Shown here in pieces: positions 1-11,800 of a stretch of DNA of 64,000 nucleotides. Both the position numbers and the translations under genes were made by a program. The stretch is from Bugula neritina (Eukaryota; Animalia; Bryozoa), in assembly GCA_964035545.1 (NCBI GenBank), contig OZ037769.1:2542001-2606000 (forward strand). Direction: 5' to 3'. The notes beneath the pieces were generated by a model. It had not been told where the DNA came from. It was given only the letters and a program-made list of their open reading frames with translations, and made no database searches. Every line of letters begins with the position of its first letter. The first letter of the stretch is position 1.

Positions 1-483
1 TATACTACTCTACTCTATAGTACTGCGGGGACACACTATGAGTGATGTGTACACTCTCTGGTACCTGCAGCTACTCCTCACCAACCATCACCTGGTACAA
101 GATTTAATTGCCTCGTCTACTAAATTAAGGGAAAGTCTCAAATGATGAATCAGCCGCCTTCGTTTCGCCTTTTATCTTGTAGAATTAAAATACTGCTAGT
201 TTCAATAAATATTCCAAGTCTCTTGGAGTTAGTTAGGAGTAATCTACCACACCTCAGTACACTAGTACCCGTGTGAAGGAAACTACACTTCAACTCATGT
301 ACTTTTATCTTCCATGAAGTTTTGTTTCCAGCCTTTTCCTCAAACATGCAATTTTATCAAGGGGTCTTTCTCCTGTAACATGGTGCTGGTCATCTGATGT
401 TAAGCGTGTGCTCATTGGTTAACCTTTTACGTCATCTCATTGGTCAGCCTTTCAGACGAGTATGACAATGTGTCTCTCTGTAG

Positions 484-3400
484 GAGATGCAGGAGTCGAG
501 GGAAGACTACCACGAATCTCAGCAGCAACAGCGTTCTGTCCACTCCTCCCACGGATCACTCTATGCTGCCACCCACGCTGCCTCTGCCTCCAAGTCCAAT
601 GGCTCCAGTTCCAACTGTAAGTTTTAGTCTAGTCTTGGTGACGCCCCCTCTCCCTCCCCTCCCCCTCCGGTGTTGGTTGTATGCGACTACCTAACACTGG
701 GCTATCAATCTTCAGCTCAATTCATCCTCAGACAAGAGGTTTTAATGTAACATGAATGTGGCAATAAGATTCAGTCTAAAAATAGTGAATCAGTAAGCTC
801 ACATTTTGTAGCTGAGATGTTTAATAGTTGTGCTTAGTAAAACTTGTTTAGCCTGAAACTCTACACCTCTCATTTAGTCTCATGTAGGTGCTCTGCTATT
901 TTTGTTTAATTAAATCATTGTTACATAATGCTGCCGTGAGAGTTTGAGATTTGGTTGAGAAATTTCTGCCTTGAAACTTGCAGCTGGCAGCACCAATACC
1001 CCGCCAACGGCTAGTCAGACTAAGAAGCAGGTGATGCGAAACCTGGCCCGCACCCACTCTAGTCCCCACGTCTCATTCGCTCCTCTTCCCGCTGCCTCAG
1101 TTGATGCCGAGACGCCCATCAACTTGGCCACCAAAACTGTGGTTGAGGACGCGGAGGCTACGGGGGTTGTATATGATGAGAGCATGCTCAGACACCACTG
1201 TCCCTGTCAGGACAACGCAGTGCATCTGGAGAACCCTAGCAGAATACAGGTGAGTTTGTCTCTCCTACTTACTAATGTCATTATATTACTTACTTCTATC
1301 ATATTGCTTACTTCTATCAATATATTGCTTACTTCTGTCAATATATTACTTACTTCTATCAATATATTACTTACTTCTATCATTATATTACTTACTTCTA
1401 TCATTATATTACTTACTTCTATCATTATATTACTTACTTCTATTACTGTATTGCAGAGCATATGGAGCCGGCTGAAGTCCTGTGGTCTGGTAGACAGATG
1501 TAAGAAAGTGGACTGTCGGAAAGCCACGATAGAGCAACTCCAACTTTGTCACTCAGAAAGTTATTCTATATTCTTCGGAGTCAATTTACAGAACAGACAG
1601 AAGTTAGGTGAGTTGCCTGCCCCACAATGCATTGCCTTTACCCAGAATCCTCTGCTGTCACGTAGCTACGGGACTGTTGCGTAGCTACGTGACTGTTGCG
1701 TAGCTACGTGACACAGTCACACTGTGAGGTTGTTTCTGTCGCAGGTCTCACCATGCCAGAGCTCCAATTCCAGAGGCTGTCTTGTGGTGGCATCGGTGTG
1801 GATGCTGACACTGTGTGGAACGAGGAGACGTCGCCTTTGGCAGCGCGTATGGCTGTTGGCGGCGTCGTCGAACTCTCCTCCCGCGTCTACGAGTCTCAAC
1901 TGAAGAATGGTATTGCCATAGTACGTCCACCTGGCCATCACAGTGAGAGCGGCCAAGCTATGTGAGTCGAGTTTATAAGTATCCCATAATTCCTCACTCA
2001 ATATCTATCCCATAATGCCCTCAATATCTATCCCATAATTCCCTCAATATCTATCCCATAATGCCTCACTCAATATCTATCCCATAATACACTGACACGC
2101 ATAGCTCTATGCGAGATTATCCAAAGAAGGAGATGTTGTTACGTGAGTTGCTGGTAGACGCAATGCTGAATGATTCACAGTGAAGTCTTGTGATGTGTGT
2201 TGACTCTCTCTTTGTGTGAACTGTGAACATGCTGGTATTTCCACACCTCGAGTTTCCTCTCTGTCTTACCACCTCGAGTTTCCTCTCCGTCTTACCACCT
2301 CGAGTTTCCTCTCCGTCTTACCACCTTGAGTTTCCTCTCCGTCTTACCACCTTGAGTTTCCTCTCTGTCTTACTACCTCCACGCCACATCACCGAACCGT
2401 CTTCTCGTATCTGCAGGGGCTTCTGTTTCTTCAACTCTGTCGCCATTGCCGCCAAGCACCTGAAGCACAAGCTGGGAGCCAGCAAGATTCTCATCCTCGA
2501 CTGGGACGTTCACCATGGTAACGGCACTCAGCAGATGACCTATGATGACCCCTGCATTCTGTACATATCTATACATCGTCATGACAACGGTAAGTTAGTG
2601 TGAGATGCATTGGAATCTGGCTATTGCAAGGCCGGAAGTGCTGAAGGCAGTGCTGTATATAATGTTTTTATTGTCTGTGCAATCGCAGGGTCATGCAGGG
2701 GTTTGCCTACACTCCGTTCAGCATATGACCTTGACTGCAATGAAGTGTATGCAGTGTTTAATTGTATCAACTCTTGAAACACTAGTTTGTTGTGACTGTT
2801 CTTGGTTTTTGTGCACTCAGACAGTAGCCTGCTGCAAGCTGCACTTCTATTCATCAGTGTGCAGCAGCAAAATCAATACTAGGTGTTACAGCTGGCAGGC
2901 TGTTCTAGTTTATGGCATTGTGGCCCAGCGTGAGGCAAATGTTAACCACTATTATGTAACATTTACTTTAGTCTCTCAGCCTTGCTCATTTGTAGCTTGA
3001 GTTGTCAAGCAGAGCACCTGCTGGGCATCTTCTCCTCCCACACTGCCAGCTGTAGTCAGCGTTTCCTGTCTGCTAGCTATTCCACTTTATTAGCTTGTCA
3101 GCTGTAGTATGAGACTGTATGACATTCTGTTGCTACTCGTGTGTAGGTATGTTCTTCCCCGGTACTGGAAGCATTACCGATTGCGGGGAGAAGCAAGGCC
3201 TCGGTTTCAACGTCAACATACCTTTCAGCGGCGGCCTTGAACCTCCCATGAGCGACGCCGAGTACATGGCTGCATTTCGGTGAGACCTCGCACTAACTAT
3301 ACACCTGAACACCACCTGTATGTATAACACCACTCTGTATGTGTAACACCACCTGTATGTATAACAGTGCTCTGTATGTGTAACAGTACCCTGTATGTGT

Positions 3401-4898
3401 AACACCACCCTGTATGTGTAACAGTACTCTGTATGTGTAACACCACCCTGTATGTATAACACCACTCTGTATGTGTAACAGTACCCTGTATGTGTAACAC
3501 CACCCTGTATGTGTAACACCACCCTGTATGTATAACACCACTCTGTATGTGTAACAGTACCCTGTATGTGTAACACCACCCTGTATGTGTAACAGTACCC
3601 TGTATGTATAACAGTACTCTGTATGTGTAACAGTACTCTGTATGTGTAACAGTACACTGTATGTGTAGAAGGGGTTTGCAATCAGTTATCTGTCAAGTTT
3701 GGGCTGGTTTAACCATTAATATTCCAGGTTCTCTAAATCCATTGATGTGTGTTTATTATTCAAATATGCTGGTAGGCCTTGTCTTGCTCCTGCCAGTTAA
3801 CAAACGTGATTAATTGATCACAGACAATTACTACACACACGCCCAGTTCTCGTCTATGTTCTATGACACTCTCTCATCTCGCCCAACTTGTTTGAAGACA
3901 TGAATCATTTTGCGTTGTGATGTACAGGAGTTGTCTTAACATTTACTCATGTTGTGTGCAGGTCAATAGTGATGCCAATAGTTCGGGAGTTCAAGCCTCA
4001 GATCACACTAGTCAGCGCCGGTTTCGATGGGGCCGATGGCCACGCCAACCAACTCGGCGGCTATAAGATCAGCCCGGCTGGTTTCGGTTACATGACTAAG
4101 GAGTTGATGGGGGCTTGTGACAACAAGGTCGTCTTAGTTCTTGAAGGTCAGTGTTATTGTTCAACTGGACAATAAAGGAATTATCTTTCCAATTTTAGTA
4201 CAACTAGTACAACTCTTAATTAAAACGACTTGCAATTGTTCATATGAGAGACATATTTACTCATAATTTAAAATTTTTAAGAAAATAAAAGCTAGAAAGC
4301 AAAATTTAAGAGCAGTAAACCAGTAGTATAGCTGCATATCTCATTGGATTGCGTTATATATATATAGTAATTGTTTCCACTCCGATATGTTTCAGGTGGC
4401 TACAATCTTTCCTCCATATGTGATGCCAGTGAGATGTGTACACGAGCGTTGCTAGGCGACAGCGTACCTCTGCCCAATCAGGAAGAGATTCTTAAGCTGC
4501 CATGTAAGAACGCCATCCAGGCTCTGGAAGAGTGCTCCAGAGTGCAAGGTGGGAATTCCAAACACTACCTTCACTAAACAAGAGTTGCAGCTGAACTTTT
4601 AGCGAACTAAAACGAGTTTAATATAATATTATGTTCTGTGCCTTGTGTTGATTTAGAGTAGCTGCTATACTTGTGTCACTAGTAGAGGTTGAAGTCTGTG
4701 GTAACGTTTCTCTATTACTCTTTTACAGCGCAATTCTGGCCTATGGTTGCTAAGCACCATTCTAAAATACGCATGTCCTTTGTTGATTCGCTGAGGCTAA
4801 AGGAAGCGCCGGAGAATGACACGCCCACTTCTAAGAAGCTGTCTGAAGGCAGCGGCAGCAGACAGAGTTCCACCAATGAACCAATGGAGGAGTCCTAG
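484..4898 (+). CDS. HDAC4: Class IIa histone deacetylase (HDAC4/5/7/9 family), 3' part; 5' exons lie upstream of the window
   Basis: GT-AG exons joining in frame: 484-616, 984-1249, 1457-1607, 1745-1961, 2417-2589, 3147-3279, 3962-4146, 4396-4548, 4729-4898 (stop). Motifs: 14-3-3 site LARTHSSP, class IIa zinc motif HHCPC...H and [55 protein letters not shown]. Confidence 0.95.
1262..1450. repeat. Intronic minisatellite, ~21-bp unit (tacttacttctatcattatat), filling HDAC intron 1250-1456
   Basis: About 8-9 tandem copies visible; source of the spurious ILLTSI ORF segment. Confidence 0.9.
1662..1712. repeat. Short tandem repeat, 19-bp unit (gtagctacgtgactgttgc) x~2.7
   Basis: Direct reading; lies in an HDAC intron near the acceptor. 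Confidence 0.8.
1980..2088. repeat. Tandem repeat, ~22-26-bp unit (tatctatcccataatgccctcaa)
   Basis: About 5 copies immediately after the donor at 1962. Confidence 0.8.
2243..2380. repeat. Minisatellite, 26-bp unit (cctcgagtttcctctccgtcttacca) x~5
   Basis: Direct reading; ends ~35 nt before the acceptor at 2416. Confidence 0.88.
3305..3667. repeat. Minisatellite, ~19-bp unit (ctgtatgtgtaacagtacc / ctgtatgtgtaacaccacc)
   Basis: About 19 copies starting ~25 nt after the donor at 3280. Confidence 0.92.
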
Positions 4899-5861
4899 TG
4901 TTATTTATAAGTAGATTTGATGTACATAGTATTGCTACATTACGAATGCGTAACTTTATATTATGCACATTTTAATAGCGTACAGTAGAGTTATTCCCAT
5001 TATATTACTGTAAAGAGTTTCACTCTGTAAAGACTTGTATGGTATGAACTTTGTAAATATTTTATATTCTATAATTTTTGTGGTTCATAGTTGAAAAAAA
5101 TGCAAGATGGCAGCATTTCTATAATGTACAACCATTGCAATGTGGTATGTATGAGTTTACTTTATTATGTTCACTATAAATGTGAAGTAACATTATGTAT
5201 GTGGGGATTTTGTGTCACCTACATTTAACATGCTTTCTAATGATCAAATTTTCACCAATTCTATGTTTATATGGTCGGACACGTTGTAAATTTGTTTATT
5301 TAACCATAGTTTGGCATACTTAGTTACACCCAGATATTGTATATTATTGTTACAATGTCGCAAAATATGTAAAGTACTATATATTTTAAATACAAAGTTT
5401 CTAAATAAAAATTGATTTGTTAATAAAATAATGAAATATATTGTTATTATAAACAATGCCAATCACACAATCAAAGATAAATTATATTGTACAATAGAAA
5501 GGTAGCTGATGGTGACAAATGAGCTATTTGATAGCAGTGTACACTCAGCCAGTGGCTCTGTACAAAGCATGGAGTTATTAGCTGCCTAAATTAGAGTAGA
5601 AGTGGGATTGTAAAACTCTGAATATGTGTAAAATATATAAAGGGAGATCTCAAAAGGTCAAAGTTTATAAAACGTTTTACACGCACTGAAATGTATTCAC
5701 ATTTAAATTCTAGTTTTTGGGATAAAACATTTTACCAGCATAGGTTTGGATTGCGAATAGCCACCATATTGTGTCAACATGAACCGAGACTAATGAAAAT
5801 CACTAAAACAAGACATCAAATAACTTGCACGTTTAAAATATCAAAATACTGGCAGTTTAGA

Positions 5862-8800
5862 TCATCTGATGAGTGTTTCACCATGCTGGTTGCCATTCAG
5901 ATGGTTGGCTGTGTTGAGGCCATTCACCCTCGTCTCTTCTATGTACGTCTCTTCTATGTACGGTTTCATTATCTTCCAGATCTTTCCTTCTCTGATGAGT
6001 TTTGTAACCTCTTCAATATCGGGTGCCAAGTATCTATCCTTAGGCCACGGACTAATTCAGAGATGAATTGATGTTATACACACAATATTGATAAAAAACT
6101 CTTTATATAATTTGATGTGATGCACACAATATTGACGAAACTTTGTTTCACCAGTCATAAAACTGTCACAATGAAAATCTGAAAGATAACTCACTCTACA
6201 ATAGATCTGACCAAAGCCAAGACTTTCTCTAGAGGTTCGGTAGTTTTTAGAGGTCTATGGTATTCCACAGCTAAGCATGCGGATATCAGTTCAATGGCCA
6301 ACACTACACATGGGAATAGTATGATTCAATAACATGTAAATAGTGTAATAATATCACTTTGTAAGAATGCTACGAGTTAATAATAGCACAGTTTGTTATT
6401 ATCACATGAGTAGATATTGCGAAATAATCTAATAAAATGTATAAAGGGCTGAGAATAGAACAGAAAGTTAATAAATAAACTTGCAATTGGCATATTGTAC
6501 AGTAAAATCTAAACACCCCCATATTTGAGAGTTTAGACTATGACATATTTCAAATTACAAAACTCCAGAAATACAAAGTCATCTTTCGTTATATATAATA
6601 ATACATAATATAGGTACAGGGTTCATCTACTATGATAGTATATACAGGTGTAACCTACCTTGTTATTTATACTAATAGTATATACAGGTGTAGCATACCT
6701 TGTTCTATATATACTAATAATATACAGGTGTAGCATATCTTGTTCTATATATACTAATAGTATACAGGTGTAGCATACCTTGTTCTATATATACTAATAG
6801 TATACAGGTGTAGCATACCTTGTTCTATATATACTAATAATATACAGGTGTAGCGTACCTTGTTCTATTTATACTAATAATATACAGGTGTAGCGTACCT
6901 TGTTCTATTTATACTAATAGTATACAGGTGTAGCATACCTTGTTCTATATATACTAATAGTATACAGGTGTAGCGTACCTTGTTCTATATATACTAATAA
7001 TATACAGGTGTAGCGTACCTTGTTCTATATATACTAATAGTATACAGGTGTAGCGTACCTTGTTCTATATATACTAATAGTATACAGGTGTAGCGTACCT
7101 TGTTCTATATATACTAATAGTATACAGGTGTAGCGTACCTTGTTCTACATGCTCAACAACTTTAAGGGCCTTCCTTGCACACCACCCGCCCATGGACACG
7201 TGGTCCTCCGTGCCAGCGCTGGTTGTGATAGAGTCAACACTGGAAGGATGGCAGAGAACTTTATTCTCTGAAACTACAAGCACACACTTCAACTTAGACT
7301 TGGGTCAAACATTAGATTTATAGGGGGGGGGGATTCTCTGCAAGCCCCAAACTCTGCTGCGAGTGTGCATATCCAGTAGAAGAGTTATTGGTTTGAAAGT
7401 AAGCGCGAACAGTCGTGTGATGAGCAAAAGAGCATTATTACATATAATTGTATAATATATTATATTTATTATATTGTATTACATATTTAAATATTATATT
7501 ACACTACTTTACATTATATTACACATTTATTATATTACATAACAAAAACATAAATATATATAATGGGGAATATATTATATATACTATGACATTATATTAT
7601 AAATTGTATATAATGCAGTATAATATACAATATTTTATTGTACCATATATTATATACTATATACTACTAAATATTTATATATTATATATTCAGACAAACC
7701 TAAAGCAGCTGCCGTAACATGTGCCATCATCATCCCAGAGTTCAACCCTCCTTCAGTAACTAGGAAGGCGGGAAGTTCAGAGTAGGCGGGGTTTATCAGA
7801 CGCTCAATCCGTCTCTCAGACATGTTGGCGATCTCGTGAATGCCAATGGCCAAGTAGTCCAGTGCCTACAAACCAGCAGGGGAAGATTGAACTAGATTCA
7901 GTAGAGTTCACTTAATAGACACTAGACATATGTTTTTAAAGTGCTATTTAGGATTAACATATATTTCTATTGGATCGAATAACAATATTGGTTAGTAACA
8001 AGTGGAAATGCTCATCCATAGGATTCAATTCATTGCTGAACTACACCACTGTTGTCTAAAATCAGATACTATCACATAATGAGCGAGAAACTTTATCTTA
8101 TAGCTGTAGTGTGATCGGGGCATCAAAGTGTGTGAGATGACCACACAGTAAGATATATTATAGTTGTGATGTTTACATACAAGTGTAAGCAACTCCAAAC
8201 TAACTGACCTTGGCTGGGTATTCCCCATGGAAATTTCCACCAGAAATGATCTCCTGTCGATCAGCAAAGACCATCTGAAACTAGAATTAAGGAAGCAAAG
8301 ACACAATCTGCAGAATCATGGTGAGGTAACTACCGATAAACTGGTTACAAACCAATACTATTATATCAATGAAAAATGAACATTTACAGAGCTTTTAATG
8401 CTCACATCATATGCTTTTCGAGTTGATGTCTTGCGAATTAATTTTTAAAGTTATTTTCCATAAAAACCGCGACTCAAAAGTGCCCAATTAAGAAATTAGC
8501 CACTTTAGAGTTTGTTTCCCAAAATGAAGCAACTCCAACTAAAATCCTTAAGATATTAAGTCAAGATATTTTCAAATTATCCAACTAGAACCAAGTTCAA
8601 GACTAACAACAATCCTTGTAGAAAGTGATTTTAAAGTAAAAAGTAGCACTATCCCTAAATATGGTGGGTCATGAGGCAAGACAACTTCAAATCAAACCCT
8701 TTACAACCTGCAATACTGCAGAGTGTAGACTGTAGAGTATAAAGGATACAGGATTGTCAGTTCCACTATTGACCTCAACAGTTAGTATGTTTCGCACAAA

Positions 8801-11800
8801 GTCTATTGTGTCGTATACAATGCCATGCACTTGCGGCACACACCTCAGTGTGTATGAGTCTTGGACACGCGGTTTATTGTTCTCCGAGATTTCTGACCTG
8901 TAACAGAGTTACCAGAGTTAGTTAAGAGTGAGTCACTGTACATACTATGAGCTAGTGAAGAGTAAGTCACTGTATATACTATGAGCTAGTAAAGATTAAG
9001 TAACTGTATATACTATGACCTAGTAAAGAGTAAGTCACTGCATATACTAGAACCTAGCTAAGAGTAAGTCACTGTATATACTATGACCTAGCTAAGAGTA
9101 AGTCACTGTATATATTATGAGCTAGTAAAGAGTAAGTCACTGTATATACTATGAGCTAGTAAAGATTAAGTAACTGTATTTACTATGAGCTAGTAAAGAG
9201 TAAGTCACTGTATATACTATGAGCTAGTAAAGATTAAGTCACTGTATATACTATGAGCTAGTAAAGAATAAGTCACTGTATATATTATGAGCTAGTAAAG
9301 AGTAAGTCACTGTATATACTATGAGCTAGTAAAGATTAAGTCACTGTATATACTATGAGCTAGTAAAGAGTAAGTCACTGTATATACTATGAGCTAGTAA
9401 AGATTAAGTAACTGTATTTACTATGAGCTAGTAAAGAGTAAGTCACTGTATATACTATGAGCTAGTAAAGATTAAGTAACTGTATATACTATGACCTAGT
9501 AAAGAGTAAGTCACTGCATATACTAGAACCTAGCTAAGAGTAAGTCACTGTATATACTATGACCTAGCTAAGAGTAAGTCACTGTATATATTATGAGCTA
9601 GTAAAGAGTAAGTCACTGTATATACTATGAGCTAGTAAAGATTAAGTAACTGTATTTACTATGAGCTAGTAAAGAGTAAGTCACTGTATATACTATGAGC
9701 TAGTAAAGATTAAGTCACTGTATATACTATGAGCTAGTAAAGAATAAGTCACTGTATATATTATGAGCTAGTAAAGAGTAAGTCACTGTATATACTATGA
9801 GCTAGTAAAGATTAAGTCACTGTATATACTATGAGCTAGTAAAGAGTAAGTCACTGTATATACTATGAGCTAGTAAAGATTAAGTAACTGTATTTACTAT
9901 GAGCTAGTAAAGAGTAAGTCACTGTATATACTATGAGCTAGTAAAGATTAAGTAACTGTATATACTATGACCTAGTAAAGAGTAAGTCACTGCATATACT
10001 AGAACCTAGCTAAGAGTAAGTCACTGTATATACTATGACCTAGCTAAGAGTAAGTCACTGTATATATTATGAGCTAGTAAAGAGTAAGTCACTGTATATA
10101 CTATGAGCTAGTAAAGATTAAGTAACTGTATATACTATGAGCTAGTAAAGAGTAAGTCACTGCATATACTAGAACCTAGCAAAGAGTACGTCACTGCATA
10201 TACTATGAGCTAGTAAATAGCAAGTAACTGTATATACTATGAGCTAGTCAAGAGTAAGTCACTGTATATACTATGAGCTAATAAAGAGTAAGTCACTGTA
10301 TATACTATGAGCTAATAAAGAGTAAGTCACTGTATATACTATGAGCTAGTAAAGATTAAGTAACTGTATATACTATGACCTAGTAAAGAGTAAGTCACTG
10401 CATATACTAGAACCTAGCTAAGAGTAAGTCACTGTATATACTATGACCTAGCTAAGAGTAAGTCACTGTATATACTATGACCTAGTAAAGAGTAAGTCAC
10501 TGTATATACTATGACCTAGTAAAGAGTAAGTCACTGCATATACTAGAACCTAGCAAAGAGTACGTCACTGCATATACTATGAGCTAGTAAATAGCAAGTA
10601 ACTGTATATACTATGAGCTAGTCAAGAGTAAGTCACTGTATATACTATGAGCTAATAAAGAGTAAGTCACTGTATATACTATGAGCTAATAAAGAGTAAG
10701 TCACTGTATATACTATGAGCTAGTCAAGAGTAAGTCACTGTATATATTACGAGCTAGTAAATAGCAAGTCACTGTATATACTATGAGCTAGTAAAGAGTA
10801 AGTAACTGTACTTACTATGAGCTAGTAAAGAGTAAGTCACTGTAAAGTATTTACCTGTTTGTTTCGGAATGCAGCAGCAACCTGAGATGTTTTGCAACTT
10901 TTATCTGCCCGCCGTGAGGTCTAGCTTTATGAATATCTACAACAGGTAAGTACAATGAAGAGTAAGTACAATGAAGAGTAAGTAAATGAAGAGTAAGTAC
11001 AATGAAGAGTAAGCACAATGAAGAGTAAGTACAATGAAGAGTAAGTACAATGAAGAGTAAGTACAATGAAGAGTAAGTACAATGAAGAGTAAGTACAATG
11101 AAGAGTAAGTACAATGAAAAGTAAATATAGTAATTGAAGTGTCATCATGCTCAAGCAACTCCTGAAGATATTCTGTTGAAAGAAAACAGGAAGAGCTGAT
11201 AAAGTTTTTCTTGGAACTGATATAGAGATATGAATAATATAATAATCTATTGACAGTGAGATAACAGTTCATACTATAGATATAAATAGCTGCATGAGCC
11301 TGTACTCTAACAGCAGCTGATACAGTATGTTTATCATATTAGAGATAGAAAAGAAATTCGCAAAAAAACTGCTAAATTGCTATTGATAAAAAACTTTGTG
11401 CTTTTCGAGTGTCAATATAAATTTTATGCTGCATATTAATTTTACCACTAAATTAGCTATGATACAAATATGGAATTATCCCCCTTAAAGTAGCCATGAT
11501 ACAAGCTTTCATCTCGCACATACGATATAAAGAGAGAATCTAGTGTCACCTTCATCAAAAGCTCTGGTAGTCCCTTTTAAACCTTCGAAGCTCATGGCAG
11601 CAATGGCGGTTGCTGTGTCGGCAGCTATTGTAGCTCTCTCCAGAGCTTCTACGCCCAGAGCCGTGATTAGTTGAGTTCCATTAATTAGTGCCAGGCCCTA
11701 AACCCACGTGAAATGAGATGTATAATATACATACACTATGTAATACACATACACTATGTAATACAGATACACTATGTAATACACATACACTATGTAATAC

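Noticed and set aside
440-694. 84-aa Pro-rich ORF
   Set aside because: Wrong frame over HDAC exon 484-616 plus intron sequence.
3133-3681. 182-aa minus-strand ORF
   Set aside because: Antisense of an HDAC exon plus a 19-bp minisatellite.
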